Positions 55,808 to 64,000 of a stretch of DNA of 64,000 nt are shown in pieces. The notes under the pieces are model-generated. The model made no database searches. It saw only the letters and a list, made by a program, of their open reading frames with translations, and had not been told where the DNA came from. A program made the position numbers and the translations under genes. This DNA comes from Escherichia phage vB_EcoM_SA20RB: the sequence record OL960581, one strand, 5' to 3'. Each line of letters begins with the position of its first letter. Positions within the stretch are counted from its first letter, which is position 1.

Positions 55808-55812
55808 ATTGA

Positions 55813-55830
55813 GGGAGCCTTCGGGTTCCC
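55813..55830 (+). terminator. Hairpin GGGAGCC-TTCG-GGTTCCC with T-run after gene 35
   Basis: 7-bp stem (one G-U pair), TTCG loop, T5 run. Confidence 0.5.
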
Positions 55831-55838
55831 TTTTTCTT

Positions 55839-55846
55839 TATAAATA
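55839..55846 (+). promoter_or_regulatory. T4-type late promoter TATAAATA for gene 36
   Basis: Exact box 24 nt upstream of gene 36 ATG. Confidence 0.6.
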
Positions 55847-55869
55847 CTATTAAAATAAAGGGGCATACA

Positions 55870-56529
55870 ATGGCTGATTTAAAAGTAGGTTCAACAACCG
55901 GAGGCTCTGTCATTTGGCATCAAGGAAATTTTCCATTGAATCCAGCCGGTGACGATGTACTCTATAAATCATTTAAAATATATTCAGAATATAATAAACC
56001 ACAAGCTGCTGATAACGATTTCGTTTCTAAAGCTAATGGCGGTATTTATCTAAACCGAGTTACCTTTAACCAGGGTATTCAAGTCCCGGGAGCTGGCAAT
56101 GGTCTGACCGGGATGTTTGTTGGGCCAGGTGATGGAGCAACTTATGATAATGTTAACCTTGATATAATATCTTGGTATGGTATCGGATTTAAATCATCTC
56201 AAGGAACAGGACCTAGGACAATTGTTTTTAACGTTCGTGACGGTGAAATTTCGGCCCGTGGTAATATAAATTCACAGCGTCAGGTGCGAGCCGAAGCCGC
56301 AGCGCCCATTGCCGCAAATGACCTTACTAGAAAGGACTATGTTGATGGAGCAATAAATACTGTTACGGCAAATGCGAACTCTAGAGTGTTACGATCTGGC
56401 GATACTATGACGGGTAACTTAACCGCACCAAACTTTTTCTCGCAGAATCCTGCATCTCAACCTTCACACGTTCCGCGATTTGACCAAATCGTAATTAAGG
56501 ATTCTGTTCAAGATTTCGGCTATTATTAA
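55870..56529 (+). CDS. 36: Long tail fibre distal connector gp36
   Basis: 219-aa ORF. Confidence 0.9.
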   Translation: MADLKVGSTTGGSVIWHQGNFPLNPAGDDVLYKSFKIYSEYNKPQAADNDFVSKANGGIYLNRVTFNQGIQVPGAGNGLTGMFVGPGDGATYDNVNLDIISWYGIGFKSSQGTGPRTIVFNVRDGEISARGNINSQRQVRAEAAAPIAANDLTRKDYVDGAINTVTANANSRVLRSGDTMTGNLTAPNFFSQNPASQPSHVPRFDQIVIKDSVQDFGYY

Positions 56530-56537
56530 GAGGACTT

Positions 56538-59500
56538 ATGGCTACTTTAAAACAAATACAATTTAAAAGAAGCAAAACCGCAGGTGCACGTCCTGCTGCT
56601 TCAGTATTAGCCGAAGGTGAATTGGCTATAAACTTAAAAGATAGAACACTTTTTACTAAAGATGATTCAGGAAATATCATTGATTTAAGCATTTCCACTG
56701 GCGGTAATATCAGTGGAAATATCACTCAAACTGGTGATTATTTACAAAATGGAACATATAATCTTAATGGAAACCAGTTTGTTTATGCAGGAAAATATAT
56801 TGAATTTTTACCTAAAACTGCTGGTAATGGTGCTTGGGCAAACCAACATAAAAATAAAGCTCCTATCTTTACCGATTTGAGTTCAACTACTTCTACTTCA
56901 GAATACCATCCGCTAATTAAACAACGCTATAAAGATGGAACTTTTTCTGTTGGTACGTTAGTAAATGAAGGAAGTTTTAAAATTCAATATATCAATGAAT
57001 CTGGTGATTCAAAATATTGGACTTTTAATCGAAACGGTAGTTTTATTGTAGATAATGGCAGTATTGAAGTCCGTGCAGGTAATATTTCGGCTTCAGGTAA
57101 TATTAACTCGGCAACTGGATTTGTTTCTGCACCGCGCGTCAATACAAAAAATATTAACCTGAGTTCTAAAACCTTTATACCGAATAATGACACGGGTTAT
57201 GACATTGTTTCTTTACCTACTTGGATTTATAATCCACCAGCAGATGGTTCTGACCGTGATACAAACGGATTGAACTACATGCGTAAAATGCGGGCTTCAA
57301 ATACTTCTAGCATTTTCCATGAAATAGTTGACTGTCGTTCGGGAAAGCCGCAAGAAATTTCTTGGTGGACCGGCGTAGGACCTTCGTCTTTCCAGTGGGC
57401 GTTTGATACCTCTGGACGTATTACCGCAGGTAAATCTATTTCAGTAGGTCTTCCTGATAATGGTACAAATGGGCGTTATCCTTTAGAGTCTGCCATTTCC
57501 ATTGGTATTGCAATTGGCGATAACGATACTGGTATTAAATGGGTCCGTGATGGCGTTTATGACCTGATGGCTAACGGTATTTCATCCGCTACCATTTTGA
57601 ATAATGGTATTAATAGTACTAAAAAATTGATGGTTGGTTATAGCCGTGATTCCGGCTCTACTTGGGATTTCCCAAATAACAACCAGGCAATGTTTACTGC
57701 GCGTACCGATGTTGATGGTAATAATAACGGCGATGGTCAGACTCATATCGGTTATAGCAGCAATTCTAAAATGTATCACTATTTCCGTGGCACAGGTCGT
57801 ATGTCTGTTAGCATGGGCGATGGACTTCTTGTTGAGCCAGGTATTTTAGATATTAAAACTGGGTCTAATAGAGTTGCTATTAGAGCAGATGGTACATTTG
57901 ACTCAACCCAACGTATTTCAATGCGCACTGGGTTATTTTTATCAGGTGATGACAATACCAATGCTCTGTCATTTAAAGCGCCTACAGGTGTTGACGGGAC
58001 AAAAACCATTAACTGGGATGCAGGTACTCGTAATGGTCAGAATAAAAATACTGTAACCATTAAAGCGTGGGGTAACTCATTTAACTCAAATCCGGGTAAT
58101 AGAGAAACTGTATTCGAAGTTTCAGATTCACAAGGTTATTATTTCTACGCTCAACGTACTAATCCTGCGCCAGGTCAAACAGTAGGTCCGGTTAACTTTA
58201 AATTTAACGGAACTGTCGAAACAGGCCATATCATAGGCCTTGGTAATATAAGTGCCTCTGGTACAGGTTCTTTTGGTGGCAATGTTACCATGTCTAATGG
58301 TTTGTTTGTTCAAGGTGGTTCTTCTATTACTGGACAGGTAAAAATTGGTGGAACAGCTGATGCATTAAGAATTTGGAATGCTGAATATGGTGCTATTTTC
58401 CGCCGTTCGGAAAGTAATCTTTATATTATCCCGACTCCTAAAGGTGCCGGAGAATCAGGCGGTATAAGTAATCTTAGACCATTGATAATAGAACTGAACA
58501 CCGGCACAGTTAAAATGTCGCATGATGTTCATTTAGGAGATTCTGGATCTGGTACAGGATTATTACAAGTAAGTAATAGTCTTAAAACTATTAAAATGAT
58601 ATGTCCAGTAACTATTAATGAACGTAATGCAGCGCTTACTTTAGATTCTCCTTCATCTTCTTCTGCTAATTATTTGCAGGGTTCTAAAGCTGGAACTAGA
58701 TCGTGGTATGTTGGTCTTGGTGGTGCTGGAAATGATTTATCACTTTATAGCCAATCTTATGGACATGGTCTTGTTATAAGTGATAATTTCACGTCAATCA
58801 CTAAACCTCTTAAAGTCGGAAATGCCCAACTAGGAACTGACGGTAATATTACCAACGGTTCAGGAAACTTTGCCAACTTAAATACCACGTTAAATCGTAA
58901 AGTTAATTCTGGATTTATTACTTACGGTTCAACTGCTGGATGGTATAAGTTTGCAACAGTAACAATGCCACAATCTACTTCGACAGTCTTCTTTAAAATA
59001 GTTGGAGGTTCTGGATTTAATAGCGGATTATTCACCCAATGTAATATTGCTGAAATTGTTTTACGTACTAGTAATGAAAGACCTGCTGACTTAAATGCTG
59101 TATTATACACAAGAACATCTGGAATGTATAGCGCAGCATTTAGAAATATTTCAGTTAACAATGTCTCTGGAAATACATATGACATTTATGTTTATGCTGG
59201 AACATATTGTAATCAACTAGTTTGTGAGTGGTCATGTACCGAAAATGCTACTGTTAGTGTTATTGGTATTAACTCATCTACCCAATCACCGGTGGATGCT
59301 CTTCCAGATACAGCAGTCGATGGGCAAGTTGCTAATGTTCTTAATAATTTAGTTGATCGTGGCAAAGTTAAGCGCTTCGAAGCTGATTCTGAAATAGCTA
59401 TTAATAATCAAACCGGTATTCGTATCAGAAGCAACAGCGATAAAACTGGTTCTGTTGCTACAATGCTACGAAATGATGGCGGTAGTTTTTATATTCTATT

Positions 59501-60347
59501 TACAGATAAAAATGCCACCGATGGCGCAGCAACCGTTAATGGTGATTGGAATAGTAAACGTCCTTTTGCAATTAACTTAACAACCGGCGAAGTGCTAATG
59601 AATAACGGCATAGCTGTTCGCAGCGCTGCTTTATTCTATAATAGTATAAATGTCAAAGATAACGGTTCTATTAACTTTGATAAGTCTGGTGCTAACCCAA
59701 GAAATATGAGAATATTTCATGCTGGCGATGCTTCTCGTGGTAACCGTATTGAAATTGCAGATGAAACTAACTATATTGCTTACTTTGAAAAAGCTCCAGG
59801 TGGAGCTAACCGCTTTGTAGTAAATAATGCTACTGTAGCTGGTGTTAATCAAATGAATTCATTTGGTATTAACATCAATAACGCACTTGGTGGAAATAGT
59901 ATAGCATTTGGTGATAATGATACTGGAATTAAACAATCCGGCGACGGACTTCTTGATATTATTACTAACGCCGCACGCCGAATGAGATTCCAGACGGGTG
60001 ACACTTATTCTGACATGAATATAAATGCCCCAAACGTTTATATTCGTTCTGATATTCGTTTGAAATCTAATTTCAGACCTATTGAAAATGCTCTTGAAAA
60101 GGTTGAACAGCTTGATGGTTTAATCTATGATAAAGCTGACTATATAGGTGGTGAAATTGTTCAGACTGAAGCGGGTATTGTGGCTCAAACACTGCAAGAC
60201 GTTTTACCAGAAGCAGTTCGTGAAGTTGAAGACATTAAGGGTAATAAAATACTCACTGTTTCTTCTCAATCCCAGATTGCTCTTCTAGTTGAAGCTGTGA
60301 AAACACTTTCTTCTCGTGTAAAAGAACTTGAATCTAAACTTATGTAA
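56538..60347 (+). CDS. 37: Long tail fibre distal subunit gp37 with C-terminal intramolecular-chaperone-like domain
   Basis: 1269-aa ORF; last ~99 aa (SDIRLKSNFRPIENALEKVEQLDGLIYDK...) resemble self-cleaving fibre chaperone domains. Confidence 0.92.
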   Translation: MATLKQIQFKRSKTAGARPAASVLAEGELAINLKDRTLFTKDDSGNIIDLSISTGGNISGNITQTGDYLQNGTYNLNGNQFVYAGKYIEFLPKTAGNGAWANQHKNKAPIFTDLSSTTSTSEYHPLIKQRYKDGTFSVGTLVNEGSFKIQYINESGDSKYWTFNRNGSFIVDNGSIEVRAGNISASGNINSATGFVSAPRVNTKNINLSSKTFIPNNDTGYDIVSLPTWIYNPPADGSDRDTNGLNYMRKMRASNTSSIFHEIVDCRSGKPQEISWWTGVGPSSFQWAFDTSGRITAGKSISVGLPDNGTNGRYPLESAISIGIAIGDNDTGIKWVRDGVYDLMANGISSATILNNGINSTKKLMVGYSRDSGSTWDFPNNNQAMFTARTDVDGNNNGDGQTHIGYSSNSKMYHYFRGTGRMSVSMGDGLLVEPGILDIKTGSNRVAIRADGTFDSTQRISMRTGLFLSGDDNTNALSFKAPTGVDGTKTINWDAGTRNGQNKNTVTIKAWGNSFNSNPGNRETVFEVSDSQGYYFYAQRTNPAPGQTVGPVNFKFNGTVETGHIIGLGNISASGTGSFGGNVTMSNGLFVQGGSSITGQVKIGGTADALRIWNAEYGAIFRRSESNLYIIPTPKGAGESGGISNLRPLIIELNTGTVKMSHDVHLGDSGSGTGLLQVSNSLKTIKMICPVTINERNAALTLDSPSSSSANYLQGSKAGTRSWYVGLGGAGNDLSLYSQSYGHGLVISDNFTSITKPLKVGNAQLGTDGNITNGSGNFANLNTTLNRKVNSGFITYGSTAGWYKFATVTMPQSTSTVFFKIVGGSGFNSGLFTQCNIAEIVLRTSNERPADLNAVLYTRTSGMYSAAFRNISVNNVSGNTYDIYVYAGTYCNQLVCEWSCTENATVSVIGINSSTQSPVDALPDTAVDGQVANVLNNLVDRGKVKRFEADSEIAINNQTGIRIRSNSDKTGSVATMLRNDGGSFYILFTDKNATDGAATVNGDWNSKRPFAINLTTGEVLMNNGIAVRSAALFYNSINVKDNGSINFDKSGANPRNMRIFHAGDASRGNRIEIADETNYIAYFEKAPGGANRFVVNNATVAGVNQMNSFGININNALGGNSIAFGDNDTGIKQSGDGLLDIITNAARRMRFQTGDTYSDMNINAPNVYIRSDIRLKSNFRPIENALEKVEQLDGLIYDKADYIGGEIVQTEAGIVAQTLQDVLPEAVREVEDIKGNKILTVSSQSQIALLVEAVKTLSSRVKELESKLM

Positions 60348-60349
60348 AA

Positions 60350-60365
60350 GAGGGCTTCGGCCCTC
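60350..60365 (+). terminator. Hairpin GAGGGC-TTCG-GCCCTC after gene 37
   Basis: 6-bp stem, TTCG loop, 3 nt after stop. Confidence 0.5.
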
Positions 60366-60377
60366 TAAGGATTTTTA

Positions 60378-61169
60378 ATGGCAATTGTAGGTGTTCCTGG
60401 CTGGATTGGTGAATCTGCCGTAAATGAAACTGGACAACGCTGGATGGATGCTGCGATGAAAGCAGTTCGTGTTTCAGTTCCTGGTTGGATGAGCTCAATG
60501 GCTGGACAATCTAAAGAAGTATATTACAGTATTGGTGCTAGCAATTCTTATAATAAAGACACACTAATAAATTGGATAAAAGCCCAAGGAAGTACTCCTG
60601 TTGTTATTACAATTACAGGCAATATCGTTTCTTCATCGACAGGTCAACCATGCTTAGATTTTCCTAGCTCATTAACTAATGCATACGTTACCTTAAATAT
60701 TAATAGCGGGGTTCATGTATTAGGTCGGGGAGGAAATGGCGGAAGTAACTCTGCCGGTGGAGCAGGCGGAACTGCAATAAATAACGGAATTGGAACTCGT
60801 TTAAGAATAAACAATAATGGTATTATCGGTGGTGGTGGTGGCGGGGGCGCTGGTGCTAGATATCATCCTTTCCCCCAAATGGATATGATATTTGGTGGCG
60901 GCGGCGGTCGTCCATTTGGTGCAGCAGGTGCAGCAGGCGGCGGCGCAGCGGCAGCATCTGCCGCTACAATTTCTGCTCCTGGTAAAGGCACTGTTTCTGG
61001 GGTTCACCATGGAGGAGATGGTGGAGATTTGGGGGCTGCGGGCAAATCTTCATATATTCAAGGTGGTACTGGAGGAACTGTTCACTCGGGTGGCGCAGCA
61101 GGTAAAGCTGTTACTGGTAATGCTCCAACTTGGACTAAAGTTGGTACAATATATGGTGCAAGAGTATAA
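60378..61169 (+). CDS. 38: Receptor-binding adhesin gp38 (T2/T6 type, glycine-rich motifs)
   Basis: 263-aa ORF; conserved MAIVGVPGWIG N-terminus and GKAVTGNAPTWTKVGTIYG C-terminus bracket poly-Gly blocks. Confidence 0.88.
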   Translation: MAIVGVPGWIGESAVNETGQRWMDAAMKAVRVSVPGWMSSMAGQSKEVYYSIGASNSYNKDTLINWIKAQGSTPVVITITGNIVSSSTGQPCLDFPSSLTNAYVTLNINSGVHVLGRGGNGGSNSAGGAGGTAINNGIGTRLRINNNGIIGGGGGGGAGARYHPFPQMDMIFGGGGGRPFGAAGAAGGGAAAASAATISAPGKGTVSGVHHGGDGGDLGAAGKSSYIQGGTGGTVHSGGAAGKAVTGNAPTWTKVGTIYGARV

Positions 61170-61200
61170 TTTTGAATAAATATCCTTAAAAGGAGGGTCT

Positions 61201-61857
61201 ATGGCAGCACCTAGAATATCATTTTCGCCCTCTGATATTCTGTTTGGTGTTCTAGATCGCTTGTTCAAAGATAACGCTACCGGGAAAGTTCTTGCTTCCC
61301 GGGTAGCTGTCGTAATTCTTTTGTTTATAATGGCGATTGTTTGGTATAGGGGAGATAGTTTCTTTGAGTACTATAAGCAATCAAAGTATGAAACATACAG
61401 TGAAATTATTGAAAAGGAAAGAAATGCACGCTTTGAATCTGTCGCCCTGGAACAACTCCAGATAGTTCATATATCATCTGAGGCAGACTTTAGTGCGGTG
61501 TATTCTTTCCGCCCTAAAAACTTAAACTATTTTGTTGATATTATAGCATATGAAGGAAAATTACCTTCAACAATAAGTGAAAAATCACTTGGAGGATATC
61601 CTGTTGATAAAACTATGGATGAATATGCAGTTCATTTAAATGGACGTCATTATTATTCCAACTCAAAATTTGCTTTTTTACCAACCAAAAAGCCTACTCC
61701 CGAAATAAATTACATGTACAGTTGTCCATATTTCAATTTGGATAATATCTATGCTGGAACAATAACCATGTACTGGTATAGAAATGATCATATAAGTAAT
61801 GACCGCCTTGAATCAATATGTGCTCAGGCGGCCAGAATATTAGGAAGGGCTAAATAA
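61201..61857 (+). CDS. t: Holin T
   Basis: 218-aa ORF, single TM (VAVVILLFIMAIVWY) and large C-terminal periplasmic domain. Confidence 0.93.
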   Translation: MAAPRISFSPSDILFGVLDRLFKDNATGKVLASRVAVVILLFIMAIVWYRGDSFFEYYKQSKYETYSEIIEKERNARFESVALEQLQIVHISSEADFSAVYSFRPKNLNYFVDIIAYEGKLPSTISEKSLGGYPVDKTMDEYAVHLNGRHYYSNSKFAFLPTKKPTPEINYMYSCPYFNLDNIYAGTITMYWYRNDHISNDRLESICAQAARILGRAK

Positions 61858-62130
61858 TTATTTGTTCGTATACATCTCTAGATATCGATATACACCCTCA
61901 AAACCCTCGTTGAATTCGTCGATGAGGGTTTTCTTATCTTCTTGAGTTAATTCAGAAACAATTTTACGGAATGAATTCTGATTTAATTTTCTACCTTCAT
62001 GCGTTACTCCAATCTCATTCAGAAATGCAATAAAATTAGCACGATTCTCAACAATATCTTCTCTGGAAAATTTAATCAAAATAGACGCAACAGTAATAAT
62101 TTCACGAACTGTATCAATATTTTTATTCAT
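61858..62130 (-). CDS. asiA: Anti-sigma70 factor AsiA
   Basis: 90-aa ORF MNKNIDTVREIITVASILIKF... Confidence 0.93.
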   Translation of the reverse strand: MNKNIDTVREIITVASILIKFSREDIVENRANFIAFLNEIGVTHEGRKLNQNSFRKIVSELTQEDKKTLIDEFNEGFEGVYRYLEMYTNK

Positions 62131-62139
62131 TAACTATAC

Positions 62140-62295
62140 CACTCAATTAGTTGACTTTATTATAATATCATCAGACGCTTGATTTGTAAACTGGTCTGTG
62201 TTATTTTCTTCAAAAATTTTTTCTACGAATTCCTTGAACGACTCACGTTCCTGAGCTACATTATGCTCGATTACTTTTTCAAGATTATGACTCAT
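62140..62295 (-). CDS. Candidate 51-aa small ORF between arn and asiA
   Basis: Hand-translated (MSHNLEKVIEHNVAQERESF...); ATG overlaps arn stop (ATGA); below track cutoff; contains the asiA early promoter region. Confidence 0.35.
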
Positions 62296-62570
62296 TCGAA
62301 ATAATCTTCAATTTCATAATCAAGGACATAAATCATTATAGTTTTTAATACATCATCAATACTTTTTCCTGGAGCTGGAATTACGTAAAAATATCCCGCC
62401 TTTGAGGTATCTTTATAAGTTCCAACCAAGAAATCATTATTCTCGAGATGTAGTTCTTCAACTAATTCATTAACAATTGAGTGGTATAAATTTGGTAGAA
62501 ACTTATATAGCTTTTCTAGAATATCAATTTTGATTGTGTATTGAACCACAGATTGAGAATCAATAATCAT
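62292..62570 (-). CDS. arn: Arn, anti-restriction nuclease (McrBC inhibitor)
   Basis: 92-aa acidic ORF at T4 arn position. Confidence 0.65.
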   Translation of the reverse strand: MIIDSQSVVQYTIKIDILEKLYKFLPNLYHSIVNELVEELHLENNDFLVGTYKDTSKAGYFYVIPAPGKSIDDVLKTIMIYVLDYEIEDYFE

Positions 62571-62653
62571 AGACCTTCCCCTTATGTTTCTGTTTGCGAT
62601 TAGATTCTTTAAACGCTTTCTTCTTATCCTTATGAACAGAAGCTTTATTAAAA

Positions 62654-62872
62654 TTATGTTTTGCGACTAAATTGTTCATAGTGCTGAATTACCTCTCTCA
62701 AACATTTGCATGTGAATGAAAACTTTTTAGCTACACCACATTCAAATATATGTTCTCTTAAATCACGTGTGTCAGTATATCCCATCTCAACAATAAAATG
62801 TCGTATTAGATTTTTATCTTTATCATTGAGAGAATTAAAATAATCGGATTTTGAATTAATTTCCCTGGCCAA
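62654..62872 (-). CDS. Hypothetical small protein (arn.1 position)
   Basis: 72-aa ORF. Confidence 0.5.
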   Translation of the reverse strand: MAREINSKSDYFNSLNDKDKNLIRHFIVEMGYTDTRDLREHIFECGVAKKFSFTCKCLREVIQHYEQFSRKT

Positions 62873-63152
62873 ATTGAATAACCTTTAGTTGACGTTTTAG
62901 TTCTTTTATCATTTCTTCGTTCATCGCAATATAAAGATCGCGTAAAGCAGGTTTTAACATGTCATTTATTATAGAACTAAATGGACATACATAATCTTTT
63001 CCTACAAGCTTTTTAGTGAATTCCATATCGCAGAACTTAAATCCCGGTTCATTGGCATAAATTCCCCAATTAGTTGACATCATTTTATTAGCATATTCCA
63101 GTGCCTGGATTTGATTCATAATTCCATCAATTTGAAACTTTTTAATATTCAT
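62856..63152 (-). CDS. Hypothetical protein (arn.2 position)
   Basis: 98-aa ORF. Confidence 0.5.
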   Translation of the reverse strand: MNIKKFQIDGIMNQIQALEYANKMMSTNWGIYANEPGFKFCDMEFTKKLVGKDYVCPFSSIINDMLKPALRDLYIAMNEEMIKELKRQLKVIQFGQGN

Positions 63153-63613
63153 TAGTAAAGGTCCTCAGAGTAAAGTTCTTTTTCACTACCACCGCGTTCA
63201 ATACGTACTTGTCCGGCGTAAGTTGCAATAATCATTGCTTCTTCACGTGTCCAATAATTACTATATTGGTCAATAAACCCTTGGTCATCATCACAAACTT
63301 GCTGAGTAACTAATTGAGGTTTAACTACATCTAAAACTTCTGCCATATCTTTAGAATAATGACGAGCACCTGGAATAACAAGAGTTCGTCCATCTTTTAA
63401 TTTAAAACGGTTGGCTGCGCAAACAATTCGTCGTTGATACTTTTGGTTTTCGTCCCAATATGCGGTTTGCCAACAGATTTCAGGAACTTCTGCAAGAATA
63501 TCTTCTTCTGTGCATTTATAACCATGTGCTTTAAATTTTTCAACAAGACTTTCTGGAGTTTCACGAGATAAAGGCACATTCAGCATTTTTAAACGATTAA
63601 TAAATGGGTTCAT
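63152..63613 (-). CDS. Hypothetical protein (arn.3 position)
   Basis: 153-aa ORF. Confidence 0.55.
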   Translation of the reverse strand: MNPFINRLKMLNVPLSRETPESLVEKFKAHGYKCTEEDILAEVPEICWQTAYWDENQKYQRRIVCAANRFKLKDGRTLVIPGARHYSKDMAEVLDVVKPQLVTQQVCDDDQGFIDQYSNYWTREEAMIIATYAGQVRIERGGSEKELYSEDLY

Positions 63614-63939
63614 TTAAACCATCCTTTAATACGCTGCCACAAAGTTTTCTGTTGAGCTTTGTTAACACCAATTGAGCGAATAACTGGTTGAGATTCCTGG
63701 AATTCTTTATAATCAGCAAGGTAAATTTCGTAAGCTGAATCCGTAAAGGAACTTATCGCTGCCATGAAATTATTGCGAATACCTACTGGAGCATCTTTAC
63801 TTTCACGAATAATCATGTATTTACCAGTCTTAATCTTTACAATAGTTCCAAGATAAGCTCCGTGGTACCAGATGTCCCACCCCTCTTGAGTGGGTTCTGC
63901 ACAACGACGAAGTTCATTGATAATTTCTAACTTGTTCAT
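63610..63939 (-). CDS. Hypothetical protein (arn.4 position)
   Basis: 109-aa ORF. Confidence 0.5.
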   Translation of the reverse strand: MNKLEIINELRRCAEPTQEGWDIWYHGAYLGTIVKIKTGKYMIIRESKDAPVGIRNNFMAAISSFTDSAYEIYLADYKEFQESQPVIRSIGVNKAQQKTLWQRIKGWFK

Positions 63940-64000
63940 TATTTATTCCTCACAGTTCAGATGCTACGGTGATTACTGCTTCAATGTTTTCTGCCGAGCG

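Noticed and set aside
60801-61179. Two overlapping Ala/Cys/Thr-rich ORFs (69 aa minus, 95 aa plus) in the gp38 region
   Set aside because: Artefacts of the GC-rich poly-Gly codon repeats of gene 38 read in other frames
62560-62678. 39-aa Lys-rich micro-ORF overlapping the arn start
   Set aside because: Overlaps two better-supported ORFs in other frames and has a poorly spaced RBS; cannot be supported without expression data

Overview
This window is a contiguous segment of a T-even (T4-like) myovirus genome, running from the 3' end of tail sheath gene 18 to the arn-proximal early genes. Gene order and protein lengths match the T4 map almost gene for gene. Plus-strand late blocks: 18-19-20-67-68-21-22-23-24 (tail sheath/tube, portal, prohead core, protease, scaffold, major capsid, vertex); uvsW; baseplate hub 51-27-28-29-48-54; long tail fibre 34-35-36-37-38 and holin t. 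Minus-strand early/middle blocks: rnlB, hoc, inh, uvsY, 25-26, two Alt-family ADP-ribosyltransferases, DNA ligase 30, the 30.x cluster, rIII, 31, cd, pseT, a spanin pair, alc, rnlA, denA, nrdB, nrdA, td, frd, 32, a seg-like homing endonuclease, 59, 33, dsbA, rnh, asiA, arn. Differences from T4 proper that I can see: td and nrdB are uninterrupted (no group I introns), Hoc carries an extra Ig-like repeat, gp37 is longer with a C-terminal chaperone-like domain, and gene 38 is the T2/T6-type glycine-rich adhesin. Regulatory signals are visible as TATAAATA late promoters, a MotA-box middle promoter before uvsY, GTTTAC-type early promoters, the gene 32 translational operator, and a recurring GC-rich terminator hairpin. 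No tRNA, rRNA, CRISPR or integrase was found. I did not find a clearly new multi-gene system; the most interesting candidates are small accessory ORFs and the ADP-ribosylation-related genes (tandem Alt paralogs plus a NADAR-family protein). All calls are from reading the sequence and recalled T4 biology, with no database searches run.
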